From positions 64,935 to 128,934 of the forward strand of contig JADFZK010000002.1 of the NCBI GenBank assembly GCA_015232565.1: DNA of 64,000 nt, given 5' to 3'. The notes under the pieces are model-generated. The model was not told the origin of the DNA. It searched no databases and worked only from the letters and a program-made list of their open reading frames with translations. A program made the translations under genes and the position numbers. Shown here in pieces: positions 30,303 to 40,042 of the stretch; position 1 is the first letter of the stretch; every line of letters begins with the position of its first letter. This DNA comes from Candidatus Omnitrophota bacterium (GTDB lineage: Bacteria > Omnitrophota > Gorgyraeia > Zapsychrales > Fredricksoniimonadaceae).

Positions 30303-31163
30303 ATGGGTTTAACCAATTCAGCCTCGAACGCGATATTTAATAACATTGCCTGGCGTTATGACCGGGTGAACACGGTGTTGTCTTTTGGTTTGCATGAAGT
30401 CTGGCGCGCTCGCCTGGCGCGGGCTTTTCCCGCCGGCACCCGCTCTCTTTTAGACCTCGCCTGCGGGACAGGTGCGATTCCCTTGGCGTTCTTGCGTTAC
30501 CGTACTGATGTCACCGACCTGACCGGCCTGGATCTTTCCGTGCAAATGCTGAAAATAGCCAGTCAACGACTCCTTAATAATGGCAATCATCACTTGTTTA
30601 GCAAATCAGGAGATTTAATCAGGTGCGTAGGGGCGGACTTTATGTCCGCCCTGCGGAGTGGTGATAATAGCTCAGTTTGCCTCTCGTGCCGGGCCGACAC
30701 AAGGTCGGCCCCTACGCTCGACAAATCTCTCGATCTGCTACACAATTACAGCCCACTAGTCAGGTTGATCGAGGGTGACGCGCTTAATCTAACTTTTAAA
30801 GACGATTCTTTCGACGCTGTTACGGTGGGTTTTGCCCTACGCAATATCCCGGACGTAATTAAATTATTAACCTCCGCTTACCGAGTGCTGAAGCCGGGCG
30901 GCTATTTTGGCATATTGGAATTCTCGCGCCCCAAAGCCCTCATTACTCGAGCTTTCTATTGGTTATACTTAAGTTGTATTGTGCCGATTGTGGGCCTGTT
31001 AATTACCGGGAACTGGGCGGCTTATTACCACCTGGGTAAAAGCATTAAACAATTTCCCGAACCCGAGCGCTTTCACCGGATGCTCGCTCAATCCGGATTT
31101 AAGGAAATAACCGCATATCCGCTGGCATTGGGTGCGGTCACTTTGTACATGGCGAAAAAATGA
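30303..31163 (+). CDS. menG: Demethylmenaquinone/ubiquinone C-methyltransferase MenG/UbiE carrying an in-frame insertion of roughly 40 aa from a REPIN-like element
   Basis: UbiE hallmarks YDRVNTVLSFGLHEVWR, SAM motif LDLACGTG and GDALNLTFKDDSFDAVTVGFALRNIPD. The protein is 286 aa against about 240 typical; the extra segment (CVGADFMSALRSGDNSSVCLSCRADTRSAPTLDKS...) is encoded by the palindromic element at 30625-30720. Confidence 0.8.
   Translation: MGLTNSASNAIFNNIAWRYDRVNTVLSFGLHEVWRARLARAFPAGTRSLLDLACGTGAIPLAFLRYRTDVTDLTGLDLSVQMLKIASQRLLNNGNHHLFSKSGDLIRCVGADFMSALRSGDNSSVCLSCRADTRSAPTLDKSLDLLHNYSPLVRLIEGDALNLTFKDDSFDAVTVGFALRNIPDVIKLLTSAYRVLKPGGYFGILEFSRPKALITRAFYWLYLSCIVPIVGLLITGNWAAYYHLGKSIKQFPEPERFHRMLAQSGFKEITAYPLALGAVTLYMAKK
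30625..30720. repeat. REPIN/BIME-like palindromic element inserted within the menG coding sequence
   Basis: Left arm GCGTAGGGGCGGACTTTATGTCCGCCC at 30625-30651 is identical over 24 nt to the left arm at 9427-9452. Right arm CCGGGCCGACACAAGGTCGGCCCCTACGC at 30689-30717 is a variant hairpin with compensatory stem changes. The reading frame is kept open through the element. Confidence 0.75.
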
Positions 31164-32515
31164 ATTCCGATCCGGCCAAAACATTAAAACGCAATTTATT
31201 AAAAGAATGCGCCAAAGCAGTTGCTGCCGGGCACTATCCGCTGGTCGTACGAGCCCAGGCCGAATGCACCAATGATTTCGACCCTTTATCCTGGCTGGCT
31301 TCACAAAAAGAATACCCTAAATTCTTTTGGCAGAATGCCGAAGGCGGCCGCGTCATGGCCTATGCCGGGGCGGCGCATATCTTTACCAATTCCGACCGTG
31401 CTTGTGCCGCGGATCAATGGGATTCAGTGCGCCGCTGGCTGGAACGCGTTCCCGGCTTGCGTTGCTGGTGCGGCGGGGCGTTTAATAACCGGATAACCGG
31501 GCAGGAATGGTCGGATTTTGATGCCTGGGCGATGTACATACCCAAGTTCGGCATTGAACGCGACCCCGCCAATGCCAAATGGCATCTGGTCTGTCAACTG
31601 ATCCTGCCCGAGAACGATGACGGGACTCTTAACGAAGCCGTCAGCCTGCTGGAGCGCCTGTCTTATAGTGAAGACCACTCCTTATTTACGCCGGATATCC
31701 TGGCGTTGGAAGAATCTCCTTCTTATGAAGACTGGCAAAAAACTGTCAACCATACGCTCGAGACTATCGCCCGGAATGAAATCTCTAAAGTTGTACTGGC
31801 CCGTTGTATGCGGCTAACACTCGATCACGCTGTTGCGCCCGAGGCGGTAATGGCCAGATTATTGCAAAACTCTAACCAGGGTTTTATGTGTTTACCCGCG
31901 CCGCTGACCGGGTTCTTGAGTGTTTCCCCGGAACTGCTTTACCATCGCCGCCGCGACCGGCTGGATACTTTTGCTATCGCCGGAACCCGCCCAAGGGGGC
32001 ATAATGAGCTCGAGGACCGACTGTTAAAAGCCGAATTAGCCGGATCCGTTAAGGACAAACTGGAACACCAGCAGGTCGTGGATATGCTGGCGGGAAAACT
32101 GGCCCAATTGTGCATTCTGGCCAAGCTGGACGGTAAAAGCACCCTGCTGGAACTGCCTAACCAAAGGCATTTCTACCAGCGTTTACGCGGCCGTTTGCTG
32201 GAAGGCGTTACCGATGAATTAATAATCAGAGCCTTGCACCCCACACCGGCCGTGGGCGGAGTGCCCGCCGATAAAGCGTTAAAACTTATTGCTTCTGCCG
32301 AGCCCTTCGATCGGGGCTGGTTCGCAGGTACGGTAGGGTGGCTCAGCCGCGATGAAGCCCAGATGGCCGTTGGCATCCGTTCCTGCCTTATCCGTCAGGA
32401 TCAGTGGTATGTTTATGGCGGGGCGGGTATAGTGGATGGCTCCCGGGCTCTGGCGGAATGGGAAGAGATCGGTTTAAAAATGAAGAATATCCTGGATGTG
32501 CTCCATGCCCGCTGA
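31160..32515 (+). CDS. menF: Isochorismate synthase (menaquinone-specific, MenF)
   Basis: 451 aa chorismate-binding enzyme with the C-terminal core GGVPADKALKLIASAEPFDRGWFAGTVGWL...AVGIRS. It overlaps menG by 4 nt and precedes menD. Confidence 0.85.
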   Translation: MNSDPAKTLKRNLLKECAKAVAAGHYPLVVRAQAECTNDFDPLSWLASQKEYPKFFWQNAEGGRVMAYAGAAHIFTNSDRACAADQWDSVRRWLERVPGLRCWCGGAFNNRITGQEWSDFDAWAMYIPKFGIERDPANAKWHLVCQLILPENDDGTLNEAVSLLERLSYSEDHSLFTPDILALEESPSYEDWQKTVNHTLETIARNEISKVVLARCMRLTLDHAVAPEAVMARLLQNSNQGFMCLPAPLTGFLSVSPELLYHRRRDRLDTFAIAGTRPRGHNELEDRLLKAELAGSVKDKLEHQQVVDMLAGKLAQLCILAKLDGKSTLLELPNQRHFYQRLRGRLLEGVTDELIIRALHPTPAVGGVPADKALKLIASAEPFDRGWFAGTVGWLSRDEAQMAVGIRSCLIRQDQWYVYGGAGIVDGSRALAEWEEIGLKMKNILDVLHAR

Positions 32516-34214
32516 ACAGCTATTACCCCAGGTTTTACGGCAACCGAATATTAATTTCTTATGGGCGGCTCTGCTGGTGGAAGAACTGCGCCGCCAGGGG
32601 GTAGGCTGTTTCTTTCTGGCACCAGGATCACGATCGGCTCCGTTAATATTCGCGGTCGGTAAAGATCCCCGGATCCATTCGCAAGTCCATTTTGATGAAC
32701 GCGCCCTGGCTTTTATGGCCTGTGGTTACGCCGCCGCATCGGGAAAACCGGCAGTCCTCATATGCACTTCCGGCACCGCCGCCGCCAATTTTTTACCGGG
32801 ACTGATCGAAGCTTCCAAGAAGAAACTGCCGCTGATCGTGTTAACCGCTGATCGCCCGCCGGAATTACAAAAGACCGGAGCGGCCCAAAGCATCGAACAA
32901 ACCGGTTTATTCAGCACCTACACCCGCTGGTCGGCCGAACTGCCTTGCCCGACCATGGAGATCAACCCCGAATACGTTCTGACCACCGCGGCCCAGGCAG
33001 TGTCCCGGGCCAAAGGCGAATTGCCCGGGCCGGTGCACATTAATGTCTTGTTTCGCGAACCATTGTCACCGGTTAAACAGTCCTCCGGCCTGGCACGTTA
33101 TACGACGTCCATAAAGAGTTGGGCGTTAAGCAACAAGCCGTTTACCAGTTACTTTTCCCGGACGGCTCAATTATCCGAAGACGCTCTAAAACATGCGGCA
33201 ACCCGCATCCACCAGATCAAGAACGGGTTGGTCCTGGCCGGCAAATTGGGCTCCCAGGCCGATCGTCAGGCGGTACTGACTTTTGCCGAAAAAACCGGCT
33301 GGCCGATACTGGCCGATATTACCTCCGGCTTGCGCCTGGGGCCGCAACATAAGAACGTTATAAGTTATTTCGACCAAGCCCTGACCAGAACTCTGCCATC
33401 TTTGGGTATTGATGGCGTAGTTCATTTTGGCGGCAGAATGACTTCCAAGAATTGCTATGAATTGCTAAAGAAGTCGCACTTAAACGATTATTTGATGATC
33501 CTGGCGCACCCTTTACGCAGTGACCCTTTGCATAAAGTTACCGCCCGATTCAATATCAGCCCGGCAATTTTTGTGGATCAAATATTCTATTTACTTGCAC
33601 AACGCACGCCTTCTAAATCTTTAGACGCTTTGCAAAAGGCGAATAGTGCGGCCAGCCGCCAGATCGACCAGAACCTCGCTCGTTCAGCTCTTTGTGAGCC
33701 GGGCATTGCGCGCGCGATATCAAAAATTATCCCCGCTGGACAGGGCTTGTTCCTGAGCAACAGTATGCCGGTAAGAGATATGGATTCCTACGCCGCCAGC
33801 GATGGCAATGCGGTAACTGTGGGCGCCAACCGGGGCGCGAACGGGATAGACGGCATCATCGCTTCGGGAATCGGATTCGCCGCCGGCCTTAAGCAAACCA
33901 CTACGCTTGTGATCGGCGACCTGGCCTTTCTTTACGACCTGAATTCCCTGGCTTTGCTCAAGACCGCGGAACAGAAACTAATTATCGTGCTAATAAACAA
34001 CGACGGAGGGAAAATATTCTCCCGTTTGGCCGGAGCTGAACGCTCGGCCTTCTTTGCCAAATATTTTACCGCTTCTCACGGCCTTAATTTTCGTTCGGCG
34101 GCTAATCTTTTTGCCCTGCGTTATTACGTTCCTGGCTCCACCAAGGCATTTGTAAAAGACTATGCCCGCGCTTTAAAAGCCCGGGGCTCTTCCTTGATAG
34201 AAGTGATCATATAA
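32496..34214 (+). CDS. menD: SEPHCHC synthase MenD (ThDP-dependent)
   Basis: 572 aa. The N-terminal WAALLVEELRRQGVGCFFLAPGSRSAPL matches MenD. The ThDP-binding GDLAFLYDLNSL...NNDGG motif is present. Confidence 0.85.
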   Translation: MCSMPAEQLLPQVLRQPNINFLWAALLVEELRRQGVGCFFLAPGSRSAPLIFAVGKDPRIHSQVHFDERALAFMACGYAAASGKPAVLICTSGTAAANFLPGLIEASKKKLPLIVLTADRPPELQKTGAAQSIEQTGLFSTYTRWSAELPCPTMEINPEYVLTTAAQAVSRAKGELPGPVHINVLFREPLSPVKQSSGLARYTTSIKSWALSNKPFTSYFSRTAQLSEDALKHAATRIHQIKNGLVLAGKLGSQADRQAVLTFAEKTGWPILADITSGLRLGPQHKNVISYFDQALTRTLPSLGIDGVVHFGGRMTSKNCYELLKKSHLNDYLMILAHPLRSDPLHKVTARFNISPAIFVDQIFYLLAQRTPSKSLDALQKANSAASRQIDQNLARSALCEPGIARAISKIIPAGQGLFLSNSMPVRDMDSYAASDGNAVTVGANRGANGIDGIIASGIGFAAGLKQTTTLVIGDLAFLYDLNSLALLKTAEQKLIIVLINNDGGKIFSRLAGAERSAFFAKYFTASHGLNFRSAANLFALRYYVPGSTKAFVKDYARALKARGSSLIEVII

Positions 34215-34303
34215 ACAAAACCATCAGCGCCCTTTCTTTTGGCCCGCGATTTTGCTAGAGTAATTTTAATTTGCAACTGGAGCCGGGCCCAATAAGAGAC
34301 TTT

Positions 34304-35413
34304 ATGATCACACCTGAACAAATATTGAACGCCAAGATCCTAATCCTCGAGGACGATAAAGCCAGCCGGCTTTTGTTAAAGAGCATCCTGCAAACTTCCG
34401 GTTTTCAGAACATCCACGGTTTGCCTAACGCTACTCGGATCTCCAATGTTTATCGTTCGTTTAAGCCCGACCTGCTGGTTTTAGACCTTAATATGCCGAG
34501 AATCAGCGGTTTTGATGTTATGGCCCGTTTACGCCGGGACTATCCCGATGATTATTTACCGATCGTGATAATCTCGGCTGATTCCGAGGATAGCATACAC
34601 CTGAGAGCCCTTTCGGCCGGGGCCAAAGATTTTCTTAACAAACCCTATGACCGCGCCAAGGTAATTATGCGCTGTCGTAATATCATTGAAACCAATCTTC
34701 TGCATAACGCTGTTAAAGCGCAAAACGTTAATTTAGCCCAGATCATCCATGAGCGTACCGCCGAACTGCATCAAAGCCGTCTGGATGTGATCCGCCGCCT
34801 GGGTTACGCGGCCGAGTACCGGGACACCGATACCGGCGATCACATTGTGCGCATGAGCCGTTATTGCGAACGCCTGGCCCGCGCCTTGGGCATGAACGAG
34901 GAAGAATGCGAATTGATCCTGGCCACCAGCCCATTGCATGATGTGGGCAAGATCGCTATTCCGGACAGCATCCTGCTGAAGCCCGGGGCCTTAACTCCTG
35001 AAGAGATCGTGGTAATGCATACCCATGCCGAGATCGGCGCGGAGATCCTTTCGGGCGGGACTTCACCTTTCCTGAAAATGGCCGAGACGGTGGCGCTTAC
35101 GCATCATGAGCGCTGGGACGGCAAAGGTTATCCTCACGGGCTTAAAGGGGAGGAGATCCCCCTGGTAGGCCGCATTTGCGCTATCAGCGATATTTTCGAC
35201 GCGCTCACTTCCGAACGCCCTTACAAGAAAGCCTGGACTTTCGATGCTTCCGTTAAAGAACTCAAGCGCATGCGCGGGTACCATTTCGACCCCAAGGTCC
35301 TGGACGCATTCATTAATGTCATCCCCGACATTAAAGCGATCAGCCGGGATGTTAACATGCCGCCGCATCGCCCCTCACGCCGCCAGCGCGTTTCACTGGC
35401 CGATTCGCGCTGA
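34304..35413 (+). CDS. Response regulator with REC and HD-GYP domains (c-di-GMP phosphodiesterase, RpfG-like)
   Basis: REC region ILILEDD...DLLVLDLNMP. The HD-GYP domain has HDVGKIAIP and HHERWDGKGYPHGL. Start taken at MITPEQ (34304); an in-frame ATG at 34271 is also possible. Confidence 0.8.
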   Translation: MITPEQILNAKILILEDDKASRLLLKSILQTSGFQNIHGLPNATRISNVYRSFKPDLLVLDLNMPRISGFDVMARLRRDYPDDYLPIVIISADSEDSIHLRALSAGAKDFLNKPYDRAKVIMRCRNIIETNLLHNAVKAQNVNLAQIIHERTAELHQSRLDVIRRLGYAAEYRDTDTGDHIVRMSRYCERLARALGMNEEECELILATSPLHDVGKIAIPDSILLKPGALTPEEIVVMHTHAEIGAEILSGGTSPFLKMAETVALTHHERWDGKGYPHGLKGEEIPLVGRICAISDIFDALTSERPYKKAWTFDASVKELKRMRGYHFDPKVLDAFINVIPDIKAISRDVNMPPHRPSRRQRVSLADSR

Positions 35414-35514
35414 TCACTAAAGGGTACTTTCGTTCCTTGTTGCGCTTTTCAGCCGTCTATAATATAATCTCTTTTCTATTAGTTAATTATTTCTAATTTA
35501 ACCGGAGGGAAGCG

Positions 35515-36810
35515 ATGGGGCAGGAAACAGCGAAGGTCATAATTGACGGCGTTACTCATGAATTGCCGGTTATTGTGGGTTCCGAAGGTGAACACGGTAT
35601 CGACATATCCAAACTGCGCACCCTGACCAATTACGTTACTCTCGACCATGGTTTCGGCAATACCTCCAATTGTTTAAGCGCCATTACTTTTCTCGACGGT
35701 GAAGCCGGGGTTTTGCGTTACCGCGGTTATCCTATCGAACAACTGGCCGAGCATTCCAGTTTTATCGAGACCGCTTATCTGCTGATCTACGGCGAATTGC
35801 CCACCGCGGATCAATTGCGCGACTTTTCGGATTCTTTCACCCAGCATTCCATGATCCACGAGGACATGAAAAACCTTTTTAACGGTTATCCGGCCACGGC
35901 ACATCCGATGGCCATCCTGGCTTCAATGGTATGTTCTCTCTCGGCCTATTATCCGGGTATCGACCTGATCAACCCCACGCGCGAACAATTTGATTCCATC
36001 GCGGTCCAGCTGATGTCCAAGATCCGCACCATCGCCGCGTTCGCCTACAAGAAATCTATCGGCGAGCCTTTCGTTTATCCGCGGGAAGACCTGGAATATG
36101 TGCCCAATTTCCTGAATATGATGTTTTCCTCGCCCACCAGGCAATACAAGCTTTACGACGAGGTAGTTACCGCGCTTAAAGTATTGCTGATCCTGCATGC
36201 CGACCATGAGCAGAATTGTTCCACCTCCACGGTCCGGCTGGTAGGCAGTGCGAAAGCCAATCTGTTCGCTTCTATCTCCGCCGGGATCTGCGCTTTATGG
36301 GGCCCTCTGCACGGCGGGGCGAACGAAGCGGTGATCGATATGCTGGAAGCGATCCATAAAGACGGCGGTGATGCTGACAAATATATCAACCTGGCCAAGG
36401 ACAAAGCCACCACTTTCCGCCTGATGGGCGTGGGGCACCGGGTGTACAAAAGTTACGATCCCCGTGCCAAGATCATCAAGAAATGCGCGCATGACCTTTT
36501 ACACAAGCTGGGCATTAATGATCCTTTACTGGAGATCGCCATCCAGATCGAGGAAAAGGTGCTCAAGGACCCGTATTTCACAGAACGCAATCTCTATCCC
36601 AACGTAGATTTTTACAGCGGGATCATTTACAAGGCTATTGGTATCCCTAAGGATATGTTCACTGTTATGTTCGCGATCGGCCGCCTGCCGGGTTGGATCG
36701 CTCACTGGAAAGAGATGACCGAAGTGCCCGGCGGTACCAAGATCGGGCGTCCGCGGCAGATCTACGTGGGCAGTAACAAACGGGATTATTTACTGATTAA
36801 TAAACGATAA
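35515..36810 (+). CDS. gltA: Citrate synthase
   Basis: 431 aa with the citrate synthase signature MGVGHRVYKSYDPRA and GPLHGGANE. RBS GGAGGG. Confidence 0.9.
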   Translation: MGQETAKVIIDGVTHELPVIVGSEGEHGIDISKLRTLTNYVTLDHGFGNTSNCLSAITFLDGEAGVLRYRGYPIEQLAEHSSFIETAYLLIYGELPTADQLRDFSDSFTQHSMIHEDMKNLFNGYPATAHPMAILASMVCSLSAYYPGIDLINPTREQFDSIAVQLMSKIRTIAAFAYKKSIGEPFVYPREDLEYVPNFLNMMFSSPTRQYKLYDEVVTALKVLLILHADHEQNCSTSTVRLVGSAKANLFASISAGICALWGPLHGGANEAVIDMLEAIHKDGGDADKYINLAKDKATTFRLMGVGHRVYKSYDPRAKIIKKCAHDLLHKLGINDPLLEIAIQIEEKVLKDPYFTERNLYPNVDFYSGIIYKAIGIPKDMFTVMFAIGRLPGWIAHWKEMTEVPGGTKIGRPRQIYVGSNKRDYLLINKR

Positions 36811-36818
36811 GAGGGTTC

Positions 36819-38270
36819 ATGATATCTTTTTACGCCAAACCCCGCCTGGACAAACAGGCGGCAGTTATATTGTTTACCAAAGAACAAGTCCAGAATAACA
36901 CCTGTCCTTTTGCCCTCAAGCCGGTCTGTGAAACCTTGCGCGCGGCGGTGAACGCTTTTCAGTTCGAAGGCGGTAAAGGCGAGATGTTCCCGGCGGTTAT
37001 CAACGGCCAGGTAATGATCCTGACGGGGCTGGGCAAAGCCTCCGAAGTCAACTTGACTGCCGTGCGCGTGGCACTACGGCGGGCTTTCTTGTCGGTGCCA
37101 TTAAAGAAACTAACCCACATTGAAGTGGTCATGCACGAAGACAGCGCGGATATCGCTCACGCGGCGGTGGAAGCGGCGATCATCGGCACTTATGCCTGGA
37201 AGAAATATATCTCCCGTAAAAAGGACGACCACACAGTTGACTTAAAGAAATTTTATCTGGTGACCGCCTTTGAAAAAGAAACCCGTCTGGCCGCCATTGT
37301 GGCCCAGGGGGTCAATTTTGCCCGCGACCTGGTTAACGATAACGCCGACACTGTTACACCCGAGTTCCTGGAGAAAACCGTACGCAGCCTGGTTAAGAAC
37401 GCTCCGCAAACCACTCTTGAAGTAATGGGCCGGAAAGAACTTACTGCCCGGGGCTTAAGGCTTTTACTGGCAGTGAACCAGGGCAGTAACAAGAAACCGC
37501 GGGTGGTCATTGTTAAATATACCGGCGCAGACAAAAAAGCGCCCTACACAGCTTTTGTAGGTAAAGGCCTTACTTTTGATAGCGGTGGACTGAACTTAAA
37601 ACCTTCCGGCAGTATGGAAACCATGCGGGAAGACATGAGCGGCGCCGCGGCGGTTATCGGTATTTTAAAAACCGTCCTCGAGTTAAAACCCAAAAAGAAC
37701 CTTATTTTTGCTTTTGGGGCGGTAGAGAATGCTATCGACGCCAATTCGTACAAACCGGGCGACGTTTTTACCGGTTATTCCGGCAAGACCGTGGAGATCG
37801 GCAACACCGATGCCGAAGGCCGGCTGGTACTGGCGGATGTGCTGGCTTACGTTATAAAAAACTATCAGCCCGCGCGCATAATTGACCTGGCTACTTTAAC
37901 CGGGGCTTGCGTAGTTGCGCTGGGCCATGATTACGCCGGGGTCCTGGGCAATAATGATGACCTTATTATGAAAGTTCTGGCCAGCGCGCACGCGTCCGAC
38001 GACCGGGCCTGGCAATTACCGCTTTACCCGGAATACAAAGATGATATCCGCTCCAAAGTGGCCGATATCAAGAACACCAGCAATGTGCGCGGCTCTGCCG
38101 GGACCATCAGCGGCGCGGAATTCCTGCGTCAATTTGTGGGGGAGACACCCTGGGCGCACCTGGATATTGCCGGCACCGCTTTCGTGGACGGAGATTCGCA
38201 CTGGTATTATGGCCATGGCGCCACCGGGTATGGCGTAAGGCTGGGCGTGAACTTTTTATTGAACAATTAA
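36819..38270 (+). CDS. pepA: Leucyl aminopeptidase (M17)
   Basis: M17 signature NTDAEGRLVLADVLAY and metal-binding MKVDMSGAA-like MREDMSGAA. Confidence 0.85.
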   Translation: MISFYAKPRLDKQAAVILFTKEQVQNNTCPFALKPVCETLRAAVNAFQFEGGKGEMFPAVINGQVMILTGLGKASEVNLTAVRVALRRAFLSVPLKKLTHIEVVMHEDSADIAHAAVEAAIIGTYAWKKYISRKKDDHTVDLKKFYLVTAFEKETRLAAIVAQGVNFARDLVNDNADTVTPEFLEKTVRSLVKNAPQTTLEVMGRKELTARGLRLLLAVNQGSNKKPRVVIVKYTGADKKAPYTAFVGKGLTFDSGGLNLKPSGSMETMREDMSGAAAVIGILKTVLELKPKKNLIFAFGAVENAIDANSYKPGDVFTGYSGKTVEIGNTDAEGRLVLADVLAYVIKNYQPARIIDLATLTGACVVALGHDYAGVLGNNDDLIMKVLASAHASDDRAWQLPLYPEYKDDIRSKVADIKNTSNVRGSAGTISGAEFLRQFVGETPWAHLDIAGTAFVDGDSHWYYGHGATGYGVRLGVNFLLNN

Positions 38271-38281
38271 GCAGGTGACAA

Positions 38282-39670
38282 GTGGGATCACGTATTGAAA
38301 CCGACAGTATGGGTGAAGTAAAGGTGCCTTCCGACCGGTATTACGGCGCCCAGACCCAGCGCTCGCTGGAGAACTTTTGTATCGGCACAGAACGTTTTCC
38401 GCGGGAATTCATTCGCGCCTTGGGCCTGGTAAAGAAAGCCTCCGCTTTGGCCAATACCCGCTTAGGCCTGTTGGATGCCATTAAAGCCGAAGCGATTGCG
38501 GGTGCAGCCGACGAGGTCATAGCAGGCACCTGGGACGCGCATTTTCCGCTGGTCATCTGGCAAACCGGTAGCGGCACCCAAACCAACATGAACGCCAACG
38601 AAGTTATTGCCAATCGGGCCATAGAGCGCCTGGGGGGCGTGATCGGTGCGAAAAAACCGGTCCATCCCAATGATGATGTTAACAAAGGGCAATCTTCCAA
38701 CGATGTTTTTCCCACGGCCATGCACATTGCGGCCGCCGAAGTCTTAAGGTCCCTGTTGGTCCCGGCCCTCACCGACCTGGAAGGCGCCTTAACGGCCAAA
38801 GCGCTGGAATTTAAAGATATCGTAAAGCTCGGGCGCACCCATCTCATGGACGCTACTCCAATAACTTTAGGACAGGAGTTTTCCGGATACGCCCAGCAAG
38901 TGCACAATGCCGTGGAACGCCTGGAAAGTTGCTGGCCGCGGCTGTTGGAACTGCCGCTGGGAGGCACTGCCGTTGGTACCGGGCTCAACACTCATGTAGA
39001 TTTTGACCGTACGTCCATCCGCCTGATCGCCGAAATAACCGGGCTGGATTTTAAACCCGCGCGTAATAAGTTCGAGGGGATCGCCGCGCACGATGCTTTG
39101 GTAGAACTAAGCGGCGCCCTTAAAGCCACCGCTGTCGGGTTAATGAAGATCGCCAATGATATTCGCTGGCTGGCTTCCGGCCCGCGCGGCGCTATCGGCG
39201 AGATAGCTTTGCCGGAGAACGAGCCCGGCAGTTCCATTATGCCCGGAAAAGTCAACCCTACCCAGGCCGAAGCCCTGGCCATGGTCTGCGCGCAAGTAAT
39301 TGGTAATGATGTCACTATTACCATCGCGGGCGCGGGTGGGAATTTCGAACTGAATGTTTATAAACCGGTGATCATTTTTAATATTTTACAATCGCTAACT
39401 TTACTGGCGGGCGCTTCCGGCAGTTTCCAGGCCAAATGTATCAACGGAATTAGTCCGATGTCCCAGCGCATCAAGGCCCATCTTGATAATTCGTTGATGC
39501 TGGTTACCGCCTTAACTCCCGGCATTGGTTACGATAAAGCCGCCGAGGTAGCCAAGAAGGCCTGGCACGACGGGATAACTTTAAAAGAGGCCGCTGTGTC
39601 TTTAGGCGTTATTTCGGCCGAAGACTTCGACCGTATTGTGCGTCCGGAACGAATGGTAAAGCATTTCTAA
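38282..39670 (+). CDS. fumC: Fumarate hydratase class II
   Basis: GTG start. The N-terminal [24 protein letters not shown] and [18 protein letters not shown] match FumC. The lyase signature [13 protein letters not shown] is present. Confidence 0.9.
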   Translation: MGSRIETDSMGEVKVPSDRYYGAQTQRSLENFCIGTERFPREFIRALGLVKKASALANTRLGLLDAIKAEAIAGAADEVIAGTWDAHFPLVIWQTGSGTQTNMNANEVIANRAIERLGGVIGAKKPVHPNDDVNKGQSSNDVFPTAMHIAAAEVLRSLLVPALTDLEGALTAKALEFKDIVKLGRTHLMDATPITLGQEFSGYAQQVHNAVERLESCWPRLLELPLGGTAVGTGLNTHVDFDRTSIRLIAEITGLDFKPARNKFEGIAAHDALVELSGALKATAVGLMKIANDIRWLASGPRGAIGEIALPENEPGSSIMPGKVNPTQAEALAMVCAQVIGNDVTITIAGAGGNFELNVYKPVIIFNILQSLTLLAGASGSFQAKCINGISPMSQRIKAHLDNSLMLVTALTPGIGYDKAAEVAKKAWHDGITLKEAAVSLGVISAEDFDRIVRPERMVKHF

Positions 39671-39680
39671 GGAGTTTATT

Positions 39681-40034
39681 ATGCCAGTCAAAATGAAGAA
39701 CAAGGTCCCTGAGCGTCGTTGCGCCCTGCGTGCCGACCGGGTGATTGCGGTCCAACATCGCCTCATCAAGCGCAACGCCAAAAAGCTGGATAATAACTGG
39801 AGCCTTTCGACTACCCAGAACATGAGCGCCAGCGGAATGCTCTTTGTAAGTACCCAGCCCTATCAAACCGGGGATGTGATAGAAGTAAGCGTGGTGATGT
39901 CTGGCGTTATTGACGTGGTCAAAGGCAATGCGGAGGTAGTTCGGGTGACCGAAAGGGGCCATACTGCGTTCAATGTGGCGGTCAAGTTCATCGCCGAAAA
40001 ACCTAAAAACCGCCCGGCCAAGTCACACTTTTAA
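39681..40034 (+). CDS. PilZ-domain protein (putative c-di-GMP receptor)
   Basis: 117 aa with the RxxxR motif (ERRCALRADR) and D/NxSxxG motif (NMSASGMLF) at PilZ-typical spacing. Confidence 0.6.
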   Translation: MPVKMKNKVPERRCALRADRVIAVQHRLIKRNAKKLDNNWSLSTTQNMSASGMLFVSTQPYQTGDVIEVSVVMSGVIDVVKGNAEVVRVTERGHTAFNVAVKFIAEKPKNRPAKSHF

Positions 40035-40042
40035 TTCCGGCT

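Noticed and set aside
30668-30682. tRNA-like D-arm string ATAGCTCAGTTTG inside the menG palindromic insert
   Set aside because: It resembles the common tRNA D-loop TAGCTCAGTTGG, but no acceptor stem, anticodon arm or T-arm (GTTCGAATC-like) follows. I treat it as a chance match within the REPIN spacer.
38341-38991. 216-aa minus-strand ORF inside fumC, and similar antisense ORFs inside pntA, menD, gltA and thiC
   Set aside because: They are fully contained antisense to well-conserved enzymes with clear signatures and are typical spurious ORFs in GC-balanced sequence.
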